Part shown: one piece after another, positions 10,785 through 20,443 of the stretch
Layout: each line of letters begins with the position of its first letter
Numbering within the stretch: the stretch's first letter is position 1
NCBI GenBank assembly: GCA_022780025.1
Contig: JALEXS010000022.1
Location: 1,256-65,255 of the forward strand
Reading direction: 5' to 3'
Source: Mollicutes bacterium
Lineage (GTDB): Bacteria > Bacillota_I > Bacilli_A > RFN20 > CAG-826
DNA: 64,000 nt
Made by a program: the position numbers and the translations under genes
Notes under the pieces: generated by a model
Told to the model about the DNA's origin: nothing
What the model saw: the letters and a program-made list of their open reading frames with translations, nothing else
The model's database searches: none

Positions 10785-11741
10785 TTATCCTTTAATGCCG
10801 CTACGAGAAACTCCACTCATAATCTTCTTTCTGAAAATTAAGAAGAAAATAAATAATGGTACGGTAACAAGTAATGCAGCAGCCATCTTAGCTGTATCAT
10901 TACTTTCTCCAGTTAATGAGTTAGTAAACATATCCATAAGACCGTTACTAACAAGTTTCATAGAATTTCCAAAATATGGGTTAGTTCCACTAGCAATTAA
11001 GTTAGGCCAAACATAACTATTCCATGCACCCATCAAAGATAAGATAGCAATTGAAATAATTGTTGGTAAAGCAATTGGAATCATAACTTTCCATAAATAT
11101 GAGAAGGTTCCATAACCATCAACTTTACTAGCTAAATAAAGTTCATTAGGTATTTGTTGGAATGTTTGTCTTAAATAGAAAATATAGAAAACACTTACAC
11201 CATGAACAAATATTAATGCACTATATGTGTTTGCCATGTTCCAAGTTAATGCTGTTTGATAGTTTGTAATAATCATCATTTCACCAGGAATCATCATGGT
11301 AGCTAATAAAATTGAGAATAAGAAATCTTTTCCTTTAAAGTTAATTCTAGCAAAAGCAAATGATGCTAAAACTGTAGTGATTAAAGTAAAGATTGTAGAA
11401 AGAAGAGATACTACTAAAGTATTAAAGAAAAACCATCCAATATTTACCGGTTTTCCTCCTAATTTAAGGTTAAAAATAGCTTTAAAGTTATTCATTGATA
11501 AACCCATTGATTTAAAATCAAATAAGTTTAATTTGTTATAAAGTAATTCATTTTGATAAATATTTGCATCTTTAAATGAGTTAATGATCATAAAATAGAA
11601 AGGTATGATCATAAATAAGCCAAGAATTGTTAAAAAGCCATACACTAATACATAACTAATAATTTTCTTAGCTAAATAAATACGACGTTGTTTATCACTA
11701 GTAAAGTAAACTTCGTTTCTACTTGAAGCATTGCCTGCCAT
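10785..11741 (-). CDS. ABC transporter permease (MalG/UgpE-like, binding-protein-dependent inner membrane component).
   Basis: Multi-TM protein with an EAA-like loop region. It has an AGGAGG RBS and sits in operon position after the MalF-like permease. Confidence 0.7.
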   Translation of the reverse strand: MAGNASSRNEVYFTSDKQRRIYLAKKIISYVLVYGFLTILGLFMIIPFYFMIINSFKDANIYQNELLYNKLNLFDFKSMGLSMNNFKAIFNLKLGGKPVNIGWFFFNTLVVSLLSTIFTLITTVLASFAFARINFKGKDFLFSILLATMMIPGEMMIITNYQTALTWNMANTYSALIFVHGVSVFYIFYLRQTFQQIPNELYLASKVDGYGTFSYLWKVMIPIALPTIISIAILSLMGAWNSYVWPNLIASGTNPYFGNSMKLVSNGLMDMFTNSLTGESNDTAKMAAALLVTVPLFIFFLIFRKKIMSGVSRSGIKG

Positions 11742-11753
11742 TTAATTTACCTC

Positions 11754-12752
11754 CTAATAATGAACTCTTTTCTTGCTTACTAACATTTGAACACCAGTAA
11801 TAAGTAAGATGATTAATAATAATATAACTGCAGCAGCTGAAGCTTGCCCAATTTTATCGTTTTGATAGTAATAAATGTATCCGACAACGGTAATCCACAT
11901 TTTATGGTCACTTCCACCAAAGTTAGTAGCACCACCACCAACTAAAGAAATAATTTGTGAGTATGCTTTAAACGCACCAATAAATGAAGTAACAGTAATA
12001 TATAAAATTTGAGGTGATAATAACGGGACTGTTATTCTTCTAAAGATTGTAAATTTAGAAGATCCATCAATTCTAGCAGCATCATAATATTGTTTATCAA
12101 TGGTAGCTAAACCACTTGAGAAAACTAAGATTTTAAATGCTAAACCATTCCAAATTGAATAAACAGTTAAAACAAAGAACATTGTCCATTTATTATTCAT
12201 CCAACTAACTGGATTCCCGCCAAACCATCCAGCGATTGTATTAATTAATCCACCTGCACCAGATGAGAACATCATTGAGAATACAACACCTAAAGCGATA
12301 GTATTTGTAACATAAGGTAAGAAAAATACTGTTTGGAAGAATGCTTTTAAAGGCTTTATAGAATTTAAAGCAACAGCGATAAGTAAACCAATTAAAATAG
12401 TTAAAGGTACTTGAACTATAACTAACATAATTGTATTAAATAACGCATCTTTAAATCCGGTATCCTTTAAAACGTTTATATAGTTATTGAAATTAAAATA
12501 CATCGTATTGATACGTGGATTATTCATTGCAGCAAAAAAATTACTTAATGCAAAACTACTTCCACTTTTACCAACCCATGTAAAATTTTCAATAAATGAT
12601 ATACAAATTGTATTTAAGATTGGATAGATCATGAAAATTATAAGGAAGAATAAAGCAGGTATAAGCGCAATCCAAGCTTTACACCATTCAGGCATATACC
12701 ATTTTCTTTTTCTAACGTATAATGTTTGATCTAATATATTTGAATTTTCCAT
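11754..12752 (-). CDS. ABC transporter permease (MalF/UgpA-like).
   Basis: Multi-TM protein with a conserved YDAARIDG..RRITVPLL EAA motif. Confidence 0.75.
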   Translation of the reverse strand: MENSNILDQTLYVRKRKWYMPEWCKAWIALIPALFFLIIFMIYPILNTICISFIENFTWVGKSGSSFALSNFFAAMNNPRINTMYFNFNNYINVLKDTGFKDALFNTIMLVIVQVPLTILIGLLIAVALNSIKPLKAFFQTVFFLPYVTNTIALGVVFSMMFSSGAGGLINTIAGWFGGNPVSWMNNKWTMFFVLTVYSIWNGLAFKILVFSSGLATIDKQYYDAARIDGSSKFTIFRRITVPLLSPQILYITVTSFIGAFKAYSQIISLVGGGATNFGGSDHKMWITVVGYIYYYQNDKIGQASAAAVILLLIILLITGVQMLVSKKRVHY

Positions 12753-12770
12753 AAAATAACCAATTATATA

Positions 12771-14267
12771 TTATTTAACTCTAGTGCCATCTTCATTAAA
12801 GACATAATATTTCTTTAAAGAGAATTCAACACTTTCTTTTCCTACGATATTTGCTCTTTCTTCACTTGGAATAATAATCTTAAGATGGGATTTATCTTGT
12901 CCATCAACTTTACCGATAAGAGAAATATCTCTACCAATATGTTCAACCATATCAATATCAACTTTAATATCACCTTTTTTAGCTAATTTAAAGCTTTCTG
13001 GTCTAACACCAATAAATACATTTCTATCAATCTTAGATACTGGTCTTTGTTTTGTTACATCGTGATAAACTAATTTATTTGTTTCATCAACTAATTTTTC
13101 TCTTAATTTAACGATTTCTGATTTAACTTTTTCTAATTCATCGCCTTCAAGATTATTAAGAGTTTCTTCTTTTTCTTTAATTAAAGTTTCAAGATGTTCA
13201 ACTTTTGAATTATCAACTGGTTCATTAACAACATAATCTTCAAGTCCATTATAAACTTCTTTATATATTGGATCTTCATCGATTGCTCTACCACTTACAT
13301 AAAGTTTTCCATCTTTAATTTCGCCATCAAAAATATTAATAGCTGGGGAACCTAAGAATTTAGCGACAAACATATTAGTTGGTTCATCATAAACGTTTTG
13401 TGGTTCGCCAATTTGTTGAATAACGCCTTCTTTCATAACAACGATGAAGTCGCTGATAGACATTGCTTCTTCTTGATCGTGAGTAACGAAAATTGTAGTA
13501 ATTCCAGTTTCTTTTTGAATACGTTTAATTTCTTCACGTGTTTGAAGTCTAAGTCTAGCGTCTAAGTTACTTAAAGGTTCATCAAGTAATAAAACTTGAG
13601 GTTTTTTAGCTAAAGCTCTAGCAATAGCAACACGTTGTTGTTGACCACCAGATAATTCTTTTGGTTTTCTTTCTAAATATTTTTCGATATCAACTAATTT
13701 AGCCATTTTTAAAACGATTTCGTTTTTCTCAGCCTTAGTTAATTTTCTTGCTTTTATAATAGGTACTTCGGTTGTCTTAAAATATTCTAAATCTTCTTTC
13801 TTTTGTTTTAATTCTTCTAATAAAGAAGTGACATCAGTTCCCTTAGATTCTAAAGAAGAGATTTTCTTTTCAAGTTTTGCAACTTCTTTTGTAATAATTT
13901 TGATTTTTTCTTCATCAATACCAATTCTATCTTGATATCTGATTTTTGCATTATCTAATGGGAATTGAATGTTTTGTCTTACAGATAAATGTGGGTAAAG
14001 AGCATAGTTTTGGAAAACTAAACCAATACCTCTATTTTCTGGTGGAACATTAGTAACATCTTCTTCACCAAAATAGATTTTTCCATCTGTTGGTTTATGT
14101 AAACCAGCAATCATATAAAGAGTTGTTGATTTACCACATCCAGAAGGACCAAGTAATCCAGCAAGTTTTCCATCAGGTATAGTAAATGTCATATCATTTA
14201 CGGCTATTGTTTCCTGTTTTTTCTTGCTATAGAATTTTTTTGTTAGATTTTGAATTTTGACTTCCAT
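12771..14267 (-). CDS. ABC transporter ATP-binding protein (MalK/UgpC family) with a large internal coiled-coil insertion.
   Basis: Walker A GPSGCGKST, Q-loop, signature LSGGQQQRVAIARA, Walker B LLLDEP and H-loop VTHDQ are present. About 90 aa of insert (KIRYQDRIGIDEEKIKIITKEVAKLEKK...) sits between the Q-loop and the signature motif. Confidence 0.85.
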   Translation of the reverse strand: MEVKIQNLTKKFYSKKKQETIAVNDMTFTIPDGKLAGLLGPSGCGKSTTLYMIAGLHKPTDGKIYFGEEDVTNVPPENRGIGLVFQNYALYPHLSVRQNIQFPLDNAKIRYQDRIGIDEEKIKIITKEVAKLEKKISSLESKGTDVTSLLEELKQKKEDLEYFKTTEVPIIKARKLTKAEKNEIVLKMAKLVDIEKYLERKPKELSGGQQQRVAIARALAKKPQVLLLDEPLSNLDARLRLQTREEIKRIQKETGITTIFVTHDQEEAMSISDFIVVMKEGVIQQIGEPQNVYDEPTNMFVAKFLGSPAINIFDGEIKDGKLYVSGRAIDEDPIYKEVYNGLEDYVVNEPVDNSKVEHLETLIKEKEETLNNLEGDELEKVKSEIVKLREKLVDETNKLVYHDVTKQRPVSKIDRNVFIGVRPESFKLAKKGDIKVDIDMVEHIGRDISLIGKVDGQDKSHLKIIIPSEERANIVGKESVEFSLKKYYVFNEDGTRVK

Positions 14268-14332
14268 AGTATTATTTTCTCCTAGTATAATATAATAACA
14301 TTTTTGTCTAACCGGTTGTTAGCACAAAAATT

Positions 14333-15478
14333 TCATTGACAATTGTTTTCACTTTCTCCATGAATGCTTTGCATATCTTTTTCATAATTAATTTGATCTT
14401 CTTTGGTTTCAAACCATATTGATTCTTTATTATCAATACAAAGAGTGAGACCACAAAAATCAAATAATGATCGATGCATATTCGTAAAAATCATCATTAA
14501 GAAAGAGACAAATATTAATAGTATTAATAAAATTAATGCTATTAACGGATAGAATATAAATATTATAAACAAAAATATGACAGGAATAAACATCCTAAAT
14601 ATATTTTTGAATTTAGATGACCTATATCCATATTCATTAACTAAACAAAGAGATAACATTTTTTTACCAAAAGTTTCTCCATTTCTAAATATTAAAATAG
14701 GTAATATATAAATTATAAAATAAGTTACTGGTAGTCCTATATATATAGGATAAATAGCATAAAACTTACTATATTCATTACGTAAAGATTGATATTTATT
14801 AGTAGCATATAAATCATTACAAGCTACAGCATAAACACAATTAGATTCCATACTACAGAAGTAATTTAAAATGTCATTATAAGTCTTTTCGGGTAGTAAA
14901 CCATCTATATATAATTCCTTTTTTATAATAGCAAATTTATCATATTCTTTTTCACCTAATTCATTAATATTATATTCAAAAAACTTAGTACCATTTTCTT
15001 TTACAAATTTATATCTATTTATATTTTCATCATCAAATAAATTACGTTCATCATCTTGTCCTAATAAATATACATTGAACCAATAAATATCTTTTTCCTT
15101 GCTATTCTCATCTATTTTTTTCAAATTTTGATTATAAAAAGTATAAATAGCATCTCGATAATCAATATAATTTTTACTATCAATTAAAGTAAATTCATTA
15201 TTTTCATATGTAAATAACGCTGATTCTTTCATGATGATACTGAACTCATTATTAATATTATTAACATAACTTGTTCTGACAAATATTTCTCGAGTTCCGA
15301 AGAATATAGATAAGAAAACAAATACACCTAATAAAAAGTCAATCAAACCAGCTAAAGCTCTTTTCCAAACAGGTGCTAAAGCAATGTATCCTTTTTTAAA
15401 ATTTTTATCTATCATTGAATAATTAAATGATAAATCATTATTCACTTTTTTCATTTTGCCAAATAACCTCTCTATCAT
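14333..15478 (-). CDS. RDD-family membrane protein with a large insert between TM1 and the C-terminal TM bundle (paralog B).
   Basis: N-terminal RDD-like KRALAGLIDFLLGVF, a C-terminal ETFGKKMLSLCLVNEYG motif and several TM helices. It is a paralog of the upstream gene, and the 5' end overlaps it. Confidence 0.45.
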   Translation of the reverse strand: MIERLFGKMKKVNNDLSFNYSMIDKNFKKGYIALAPVWKRALAGLIDFLLGVFVFLSIFFGTREIFVRTSYVNNINNEFSIIMKESALFTYENNEFTLIDSKNYIDYRDAIYTFYNQNLKKIDENSKEKDIYWFNVYLLGQDDERNLFDDENINRYKFVKENGTKFFEYNINELGEKEYDKFAIIKKELYIDGLLPEKTYNDILNYFCSMESNCVYAVACNDLYATNKYQSLRNEYSKFYAIYPIYIGLPVTYFIIYILPILIFRNGETFGKKMLSLCLVNEYGYRSSKFKNIFRMFIPVIFLFIIFIFYPLIALILLILLIFVSFLMMIFTNMHRSLFDFCGLTLCIDNKESIWFETKEDQINYEKDMQSIHGESENNCQ

Positions 15479-16511
15479 CTATATAACAAGAATTAGATAT
15501 AAATTCAAATACACCTCTTTTATTTATAGAAAATAAAACCATGCTTAAATTAATAATAAATAATAAGCCAGCTATAATACCAAATAGATATAAAGAATTT
15601 AAAAAGTAATTAAATAATATAATTACAGTTAATGGAACAAAGCGTAATAAATAGGATAATCTAGATAATTCTTTACCACTTTTATTAACTAATCCAATTT
15701 TAAATATTAATCTTCCAAAAGTTTTTCTTTCAGTAAAAATTAGACCTGGAATAATATAAATTAATAATACTGGAACTATAGTAAAAACTAATGATTCAAT
15801 TTTTTCGGCTGACATATTTTTTTTAACAATTTCATGATAAAAAGACTCATTTGAGAGATCTATGGTCGCTTTTGAATATAAATTTTCAACAAAATTTTTA
15901 ATTTTTTCTTTATGAATGTCAATAATTGTTCCATCATCTTTAAAATATTTAGGATTTTTATTAGCAATTTTATTCAAATTAGTTTCATCATAAATAAAAT
16001 AATCATTTCTTTCAGTTTTAACATTATATAAATTGTATTTATCATCCAAATTTAAAACATTAACATTAAACCAATAATATCGATAATCTTTCATTTCATC
16101 ACCAATTTTTATTTCATAATTAATAGGTGAAGGATTCTCTACTTTTTTATAATCAGTATCATTTATAAAGTCATTATATTCTCCTACTTTCCAATTTAGA
16201 TAATAATATTCTAAATGTTTTAAAGTATTATCAATTGAATTTTCTGTATCTTCTATTCTAACAAATTTATTATCTTTAAAAGTTCCTAAAGCAGAACTAT
16301 ATACATATTGATTTAGTGATTGTAAATTTTGATTATATGGGGTAATCATATTAACAAATCCATTACCACCAAATACTAATAAAATAATTAAAATCATAAT
16401 AAAAAATATAAAATCAACTGTAGCAGATGCAAATCTTATACCATTTTTAGGTTGTATTACATCTATTACTTTTTCATTCTTACTACGTCCGAATAACTTC
16501 TTATTAATCAT
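15438..16511 (-). CDS. RDD-family membrane protein (paralog A).
   Basis: ATVDFIFFIMILIILLV and KTFGRLIFKIGLVNKSG are RDD-like motifs. It has the same architecture as 14333..15478. Confidence 0.45.
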   Translation of the reverse strand: MINKKLFGRSKNEKVIDVIQPKNGIRFASATVDFIFFIMILIILLVFGGNGFVNMITPYNQNLQSLNQYVYSSALGTFKDNKFVRIEDTENSIDNTLKHLEYYYLNWKVGEYNDFINDTDYKKVENPSPINYEIKIGDEMKDYRYYWFNVNVLNLDDKYNLYNVKTERNDYFIYDETNLNKIANKNPKYFKDDGTIIDIHKEKIKNFVENLYSKATIDLSNESFYHEIVKKNMSAEKIESLVFTIVPVLLIYIIPGLIFTERKTFGRLIFKIGLVNKSGKELSRLSYLLRFVPLTVIILFNYFLNSLYLFGIIAGLLFIINLSMVLFSINKRGVFEFISNSCYIDDREVIWQNEKSE

Positions 16512-16751
16512 AATTCAATTTAATGTCTAGACTGATATTATACTATATATAAATGCTAATTAAAAATATAAAAATACATTGTACAAATGTTTTATTCTAC
16601 ACAAACATTTTTAATAAGAATTTCCAATTTTTAATAATATTAATTTTATTATTTTAAATTTAAATTTATTAAATATAAAATATAAAAAATTAACAAAATA
16701 TTTGAGTTTTGCATTGTTTTTACTAAATTTAAGCCGTTTTTCGAAATTAAA

Positions 16752-16780
16752 AAGAGAACTCATAAAGAGTTCTCTTTTAA
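16752..16780 (-). terminator. Rho-independent terminator downstream of the alcohol dehydrogenase gene.
   Basis: Inverted repeat AAGAGAACTC-ataaa-GAGTTCTCTT flanked by A and T runs. Confidence 0.5.
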
Positions 16781-16811
16781 AAAAATTGATATTTTTAGAA
16801 GGCAAACTTAA

Positions 16812-17957
16812 TTACATTAATTTTTCAAAAAGTTTAATAACTTCTTCTTTAGTTGCTTCTTTTGGATTGCCTGGATAGCAAGCATCTTTAAGAGCATCGC
16901 TAGCAAGTGATTCTAAATCTTCTTTTAAGATTTTTTCACATTTTGTAGGAATACCAACATCTACAGATAATTTCTTAACAGCATCGATTGCAGCTTGGCG
17001 ATATTCTTCTTGAGTCATATTTGTAGTATCAACGCCTAAAGCTTTAGCTATATCATTATATTTAGTACCTGTACATTCCTTATTAAATTCCATAGAAATT
17101 GGAAGAAGCATAGCACAAGCAACACCGTGTGGAATATCATAATATGCAGATAATGTATGAGCCATAGCATGATCAATACCTAAACCGACATTAGAGAATC
17201 CCATACCAGCAATATATTGTCCAAGAGCCATTCCTTCACGACCATCAGGATCATTTTGAACTGCTTTTCTTAAATTTTTACCGATCAATTCAATAGCTTT
17301 AATGTGGAACATATCTGACATTTCCCAAGCACCACGAGTAATATAACCTTCAATAGCATGAGTTAAAGCGTCCATACCAGTTGAAGCAGTTAATCCTTTT
17401 GGCATTGAAGACATCATATCTGGGTCAACAATAGCAACTATTGGCATGTCGTGAGCATCAACACAAACGAATTTTCTCTTCTTTTCTACATCTGTAATAA
17501 CATAGTTGATAGTAACTTCAGCAGCAGTACCAGCTGTAGTAGCAACAGCAATAATTGGTAAACATGGTTTTTTAGTAGGAGCAACGCCTTCTAAAGAACG
17601 AACATCTGCAAATTCAGGATTTGTAATAATAATACCAATTGCTTTAGCAGTATCCATTGAAGAACCACCACCAATAGCAATAATGCAATCAGCTTTTGCT
17701 TCTTTACAAGCTTTTACACCACTAGTTACATTTTCAATAGTTGGGTTAGGTTTAATGTTTGTATATAATTCATAACTAACGCCACCTTTATCTAATAAAT
17801 CAGTAACTTTCTTAGTAACTCCAAATTTAACTAAATCAGGATCACTACAAACTAAAGCTTTCTTAAAACCATGAGCTTTTATTTCAGGGACTATGTTTTC
17901 GATAGCACCATGTCCGTGATAAGAAGTCTCATTTAACATAAATCTTTTTGATGACAT
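16812..17957 (-). CDS. Iron-containing (group III) alcohol dehydrogenase.
   Basis: GGGSSMDTAKAI motif, metal-binding His residues (HAMAHTL...H) and ~380 aa give full-length Fe-ADH architecture (FucO/BdhA-like). Confidence 0.85.
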   Translation of the reverse strand: MSSKRFMLNETSYHGHGAIENIVPEIKAHGFKKALVCSDPDLVKFGVTKKVTDLLDKGGVSYELYTNIKPNPTIENVTSGVKACKEAKADCIIAIGGGSSMDTAKAIGIIITNPEFADVRSLEGVAPTKKPCLPIIAVATTAGTAAEVTINYVITDVEKKRKFVCVDAHDMPIVAIVDPDMMSSMPKGLTASTGMDALTHAIEGYITRGAWEMSDMFHIKAIELIGKNLRKAVQNDPDGREGMALGQYIAGMGFSNVGLGIDHAMAHTLSAYYDIPHGVACAMLLPISMEFNKECTGTKYNDIAKALGVDTTNMTQEEYRQAAIDAVKKLSVDVGIPTKCEKILKEDLESLASDALKDACYPGNPKEATKEEVIKLFEKLM

Positions 17958-18237
17958 ATTTAAATCCTCTCTTCTTAAATATTATAAAATAGTAGAAATG
18001 AGAATTAAATAATTTTATATAAATAAAATCGCATTTTGAAAAAGAGAATGGAATTTTTTCAACCTCGTTTTCATTAAGTAAAAAGGTAGCAATATAAACT
18101 TATTATAAGTGTTATTTAAGCATTAAACACTATTAATAAATTTAAGTTTTTTTGTATTTTAAAAAGTTTATATTTGATAATTCTATATTGAAAAAACTCA
18201 TTATTTTTATTAAAAACTACGTAAAACTCAACTATTT

Positions 18238-19005
18238 TTATAAATTTTCAATTTTAATGTTAAAATAATCAATAAGAAATCTTGCAACACCATCATGATC
18301 ATTATCGTATTTTGTAATATATTTTACCTTTTCTTTTAAGTCTTCTTTAGCATTACTTAATAATACACCAACGCCTGCTTCTAATATCATGTTTAGATCA
18401 CCAATATCATCTCCAAAGCATATTACATCATTTATATTTCCATTAATTAATTCCATTAATTTCTTGTTACCATTTTCTTTACTTGTTGTCTTTAAATTAA
18501 ATCTTCCGAATCTACCATCTAAATAAGGTATAAATAATAAATTAAAATCATCAGCAATTTTATAAGCTTTATTATTATCTATAAAAGAAGCAACAATTTT
18601 ATAACTTTCTTTATTCAAATCATCATTAAAATCAAAATATTTAGCATTTTGAGATATATAATTCTTATCACTACTAAATAATTCAGTTAATGTATAAATC
18701 GAAAACGTTTTACTTTCTTTTAATAAAATCTTAGATATTTTATTAATCGTATCTTTTGATATAACTTCCTTATAAAGAATATTTTCATCTTTATCCATAA
18801 TTAAAGATCCGCCAAATAAAATAGAATAATCTGGTTTAATAATATCAAAATAAGGTTTATTAAAATCTTTACTTCTAGCAGTATTTACTACAATTTTATA
18901 ACCATAATTATTTCTTAAATAATTTAAAACCTTTAAAGTAAAAGGAGTTACTTCTTTATTAGAATTTAAAATAGTATCATCAACATCAAATATTATATAT
19001 TTCAT
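18238..19005 (-). CDS. HAD-superfamily Cof-type phosphatase (HAD-IIB).
   Basis: N-terminal DxD motif MKYIIFDVDDTIL and a C-terminal GDDIGD motif. Confidence 0.7.
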   Translation of the reverse strand: MKYIIFDVDDTILNSNKEVTPFTLKVLNYLRNNYGYKIVVNTARSKDFNKPYFDIIKPDYSILFGGSLIMDKDENILYKEVISKDTINKISKILLKESKTFSIYTLTELFSSDKNYISQNAKYFDFNDDLNKESYKIVASFIDNNKAYKIADDFNLLFIPYLDGRFGRFNLKTTSKENGNKKLMELINGNINDVICFGDDIGDLNMILEAGVGVLLSNAKEDLKEKVKYITKYDNDHDGVARFLIDYFNIKIENL

Positions 19006-19007
19006 CT

Positions 19008-20042
19008 TTAAATTACACTTTTATTAAATTTTATATTATTTAATTTAATAATATCGCTCGCTTTATCTTCATTAATAAAATCTCTCATAATAATATTTAT
19101 TAAATGAAAATAATCACTATCTTTTAATATATTAATATATTCATTCATATTATCATTATGACTTCTTTCTTTATTATAAGGACCAAATATTAATTTAGTA
19201 TCAGTTAACTGACCTTGTAAAACAAATAAGCCCTTGAAAGATGTCTTATCTATTTTATTTTTAATTAAATCTATATATGTTGGTAATCCTTTATTAATAA
19301 ATTCCTTACTATTCATTCCATGATAATCCTTATAATAATAAGAATCTAAAGAAGCATCTAAATGCGTACCTAAATCATCATTCCTTTTAAATATATGTGG
19401 ATTATCAATAGTATATTTAGAATTATCACCAAATAAAAATATACATTTACCTCGACAATCTTTTATTTTTAAGTTTGATATAAATTCTAAATCTTTAATA
19501 TTTTTATCATTAGTAATAGCATAATCAGAAAATAAATCATTTATTCTTTTTAAAACATATTCTTGTGAATTATTTTTAAAATGTTGAAAATCTAAAATTA
19601 ATGTCTCGGTTGTATTAGTTTTTATAAAATCTAATAAATCAAAAAGAATAGGTTCAAACTCAACTCCATTAAAAATTGAGTGATATATTTTATATTTATC
19701 CTTAACTTTATTAACTCTTAAATCAAAATATCTTACACCTCTTTCTAATTGTTCTTTTATTGTTAAATACTGTGTTTCGCCTAAATAAGACATTCCATAT
19801 GTCCCAGAATCATGACTTCCTGGAATAATAACTTCATTTAATAAAGTTTCATCATCGATATTTTTCATCCATGAATTTAAATTAGTATTTTTAATAGGTT
19901 CAGTCTTTAAAAAACAATTTCCTTGTATACAAAATCCACCTATAATTACACCAAATGTAATTAAAATAGAACTTATAGTAATTAAAGTTATTTTTAAACG
20001 TCTCATTATTAATATGGTATAGGTTAATCCTTTTAAAAACAA
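19008..20042 (-). CDS. PI-PLC X-domain-containing protein (phosphatidylinositol-specific phospholipase C-like) with an N-terminal membrane anchor.
   Basis: IIPGSHDSGTYGM and RYFDLRV match the PI-PLC X-box catalytic region. The track start at 20042 is a TTG; an internal ATG (MRRLKI..., 20007) is the alternative start. Confidence 0.55.
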   Translation of the reverse strand: MFLKGLTYTILIMRRLKITLITISSILITFGVIIGGFCIQGNCFLKTEPIKNTNLNSWMKNIDDETLLNEVIIPGSHDSGTYGMSYLGETQYLTIKEQLERGVRYFDLRVNKVKDKYKIYHSIFNGVEFEPILFDLLDFIKTNTTETLILDFQHFKNNSQEYVLKRINDLFSDYAITNDKNIKDLEFISNLKIKDCRGKCIFLFGDNSKYTIDNPHIFKRNDDLGTHLDASLDSYYYKDYHGMNSKEFINKGLPTYIDLIKNKIDKTSFKGLFVLQGQLTDTKLIFGPYNKERSHNDNMNEYINILKDSDYFHLINIIMRDFINEDKASDIIKLNNIKFNKSVI

Positions 20043-20142
20043 CTTTATTTTAATTACTTTTATATATAATGATTAAATATTGTAATATTTATCTTATAGA
20101 ATAAAAAAAGACCTGAATTAATCAGATCAATATCTCACAAAT

Positions 20143-20217
20143 GGTGGGCAGTATAGGGCTCGAACCTATGACCTTCTGTACGTCAAACAGATGCTCTCCC
20201 AGCTGAGCTAACTGCCC
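20143..20217 (-). tRNA. tRNA-Val (anticodon GAC).
   Basis: A cloverleaf folds by hand: acceptor GGGCAGT/ACTGCCC, anticodon loop TTGACGT, T-loop GGTTCGAGCC, encoded CCA. Confidence 0.85.
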
Positions 20218-20443
20218 AAGTGCTTATTAATAATACCAATAATAGATGCATTAATCAAGCATTTTTTAAAAATCTTGTTTGAAGTTTTTTGTTATGTTTT
20301 ATATACATAAAAGCGATTACTTAAAATTAACTAAAAGATATATTAAATTTTATTTATATAAGATTATTTATTTTAATTATATAAACAAAATTAAAAGGCT
20401 TAATTAATGACATAAAATATGCTTCTTTTAATCAAAAAAGCTT

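Noticed and set aside
16611-16805. 64-aa minus-strand ORF in the intergenic region between the RDD paralog and the alcohol dehydrogenase
   Set aside because: It overlaps the adh terminator hairpin and promoter-like AT-rich DNA. The product is low-complexity K/N/F-rich, and there is no RBS.
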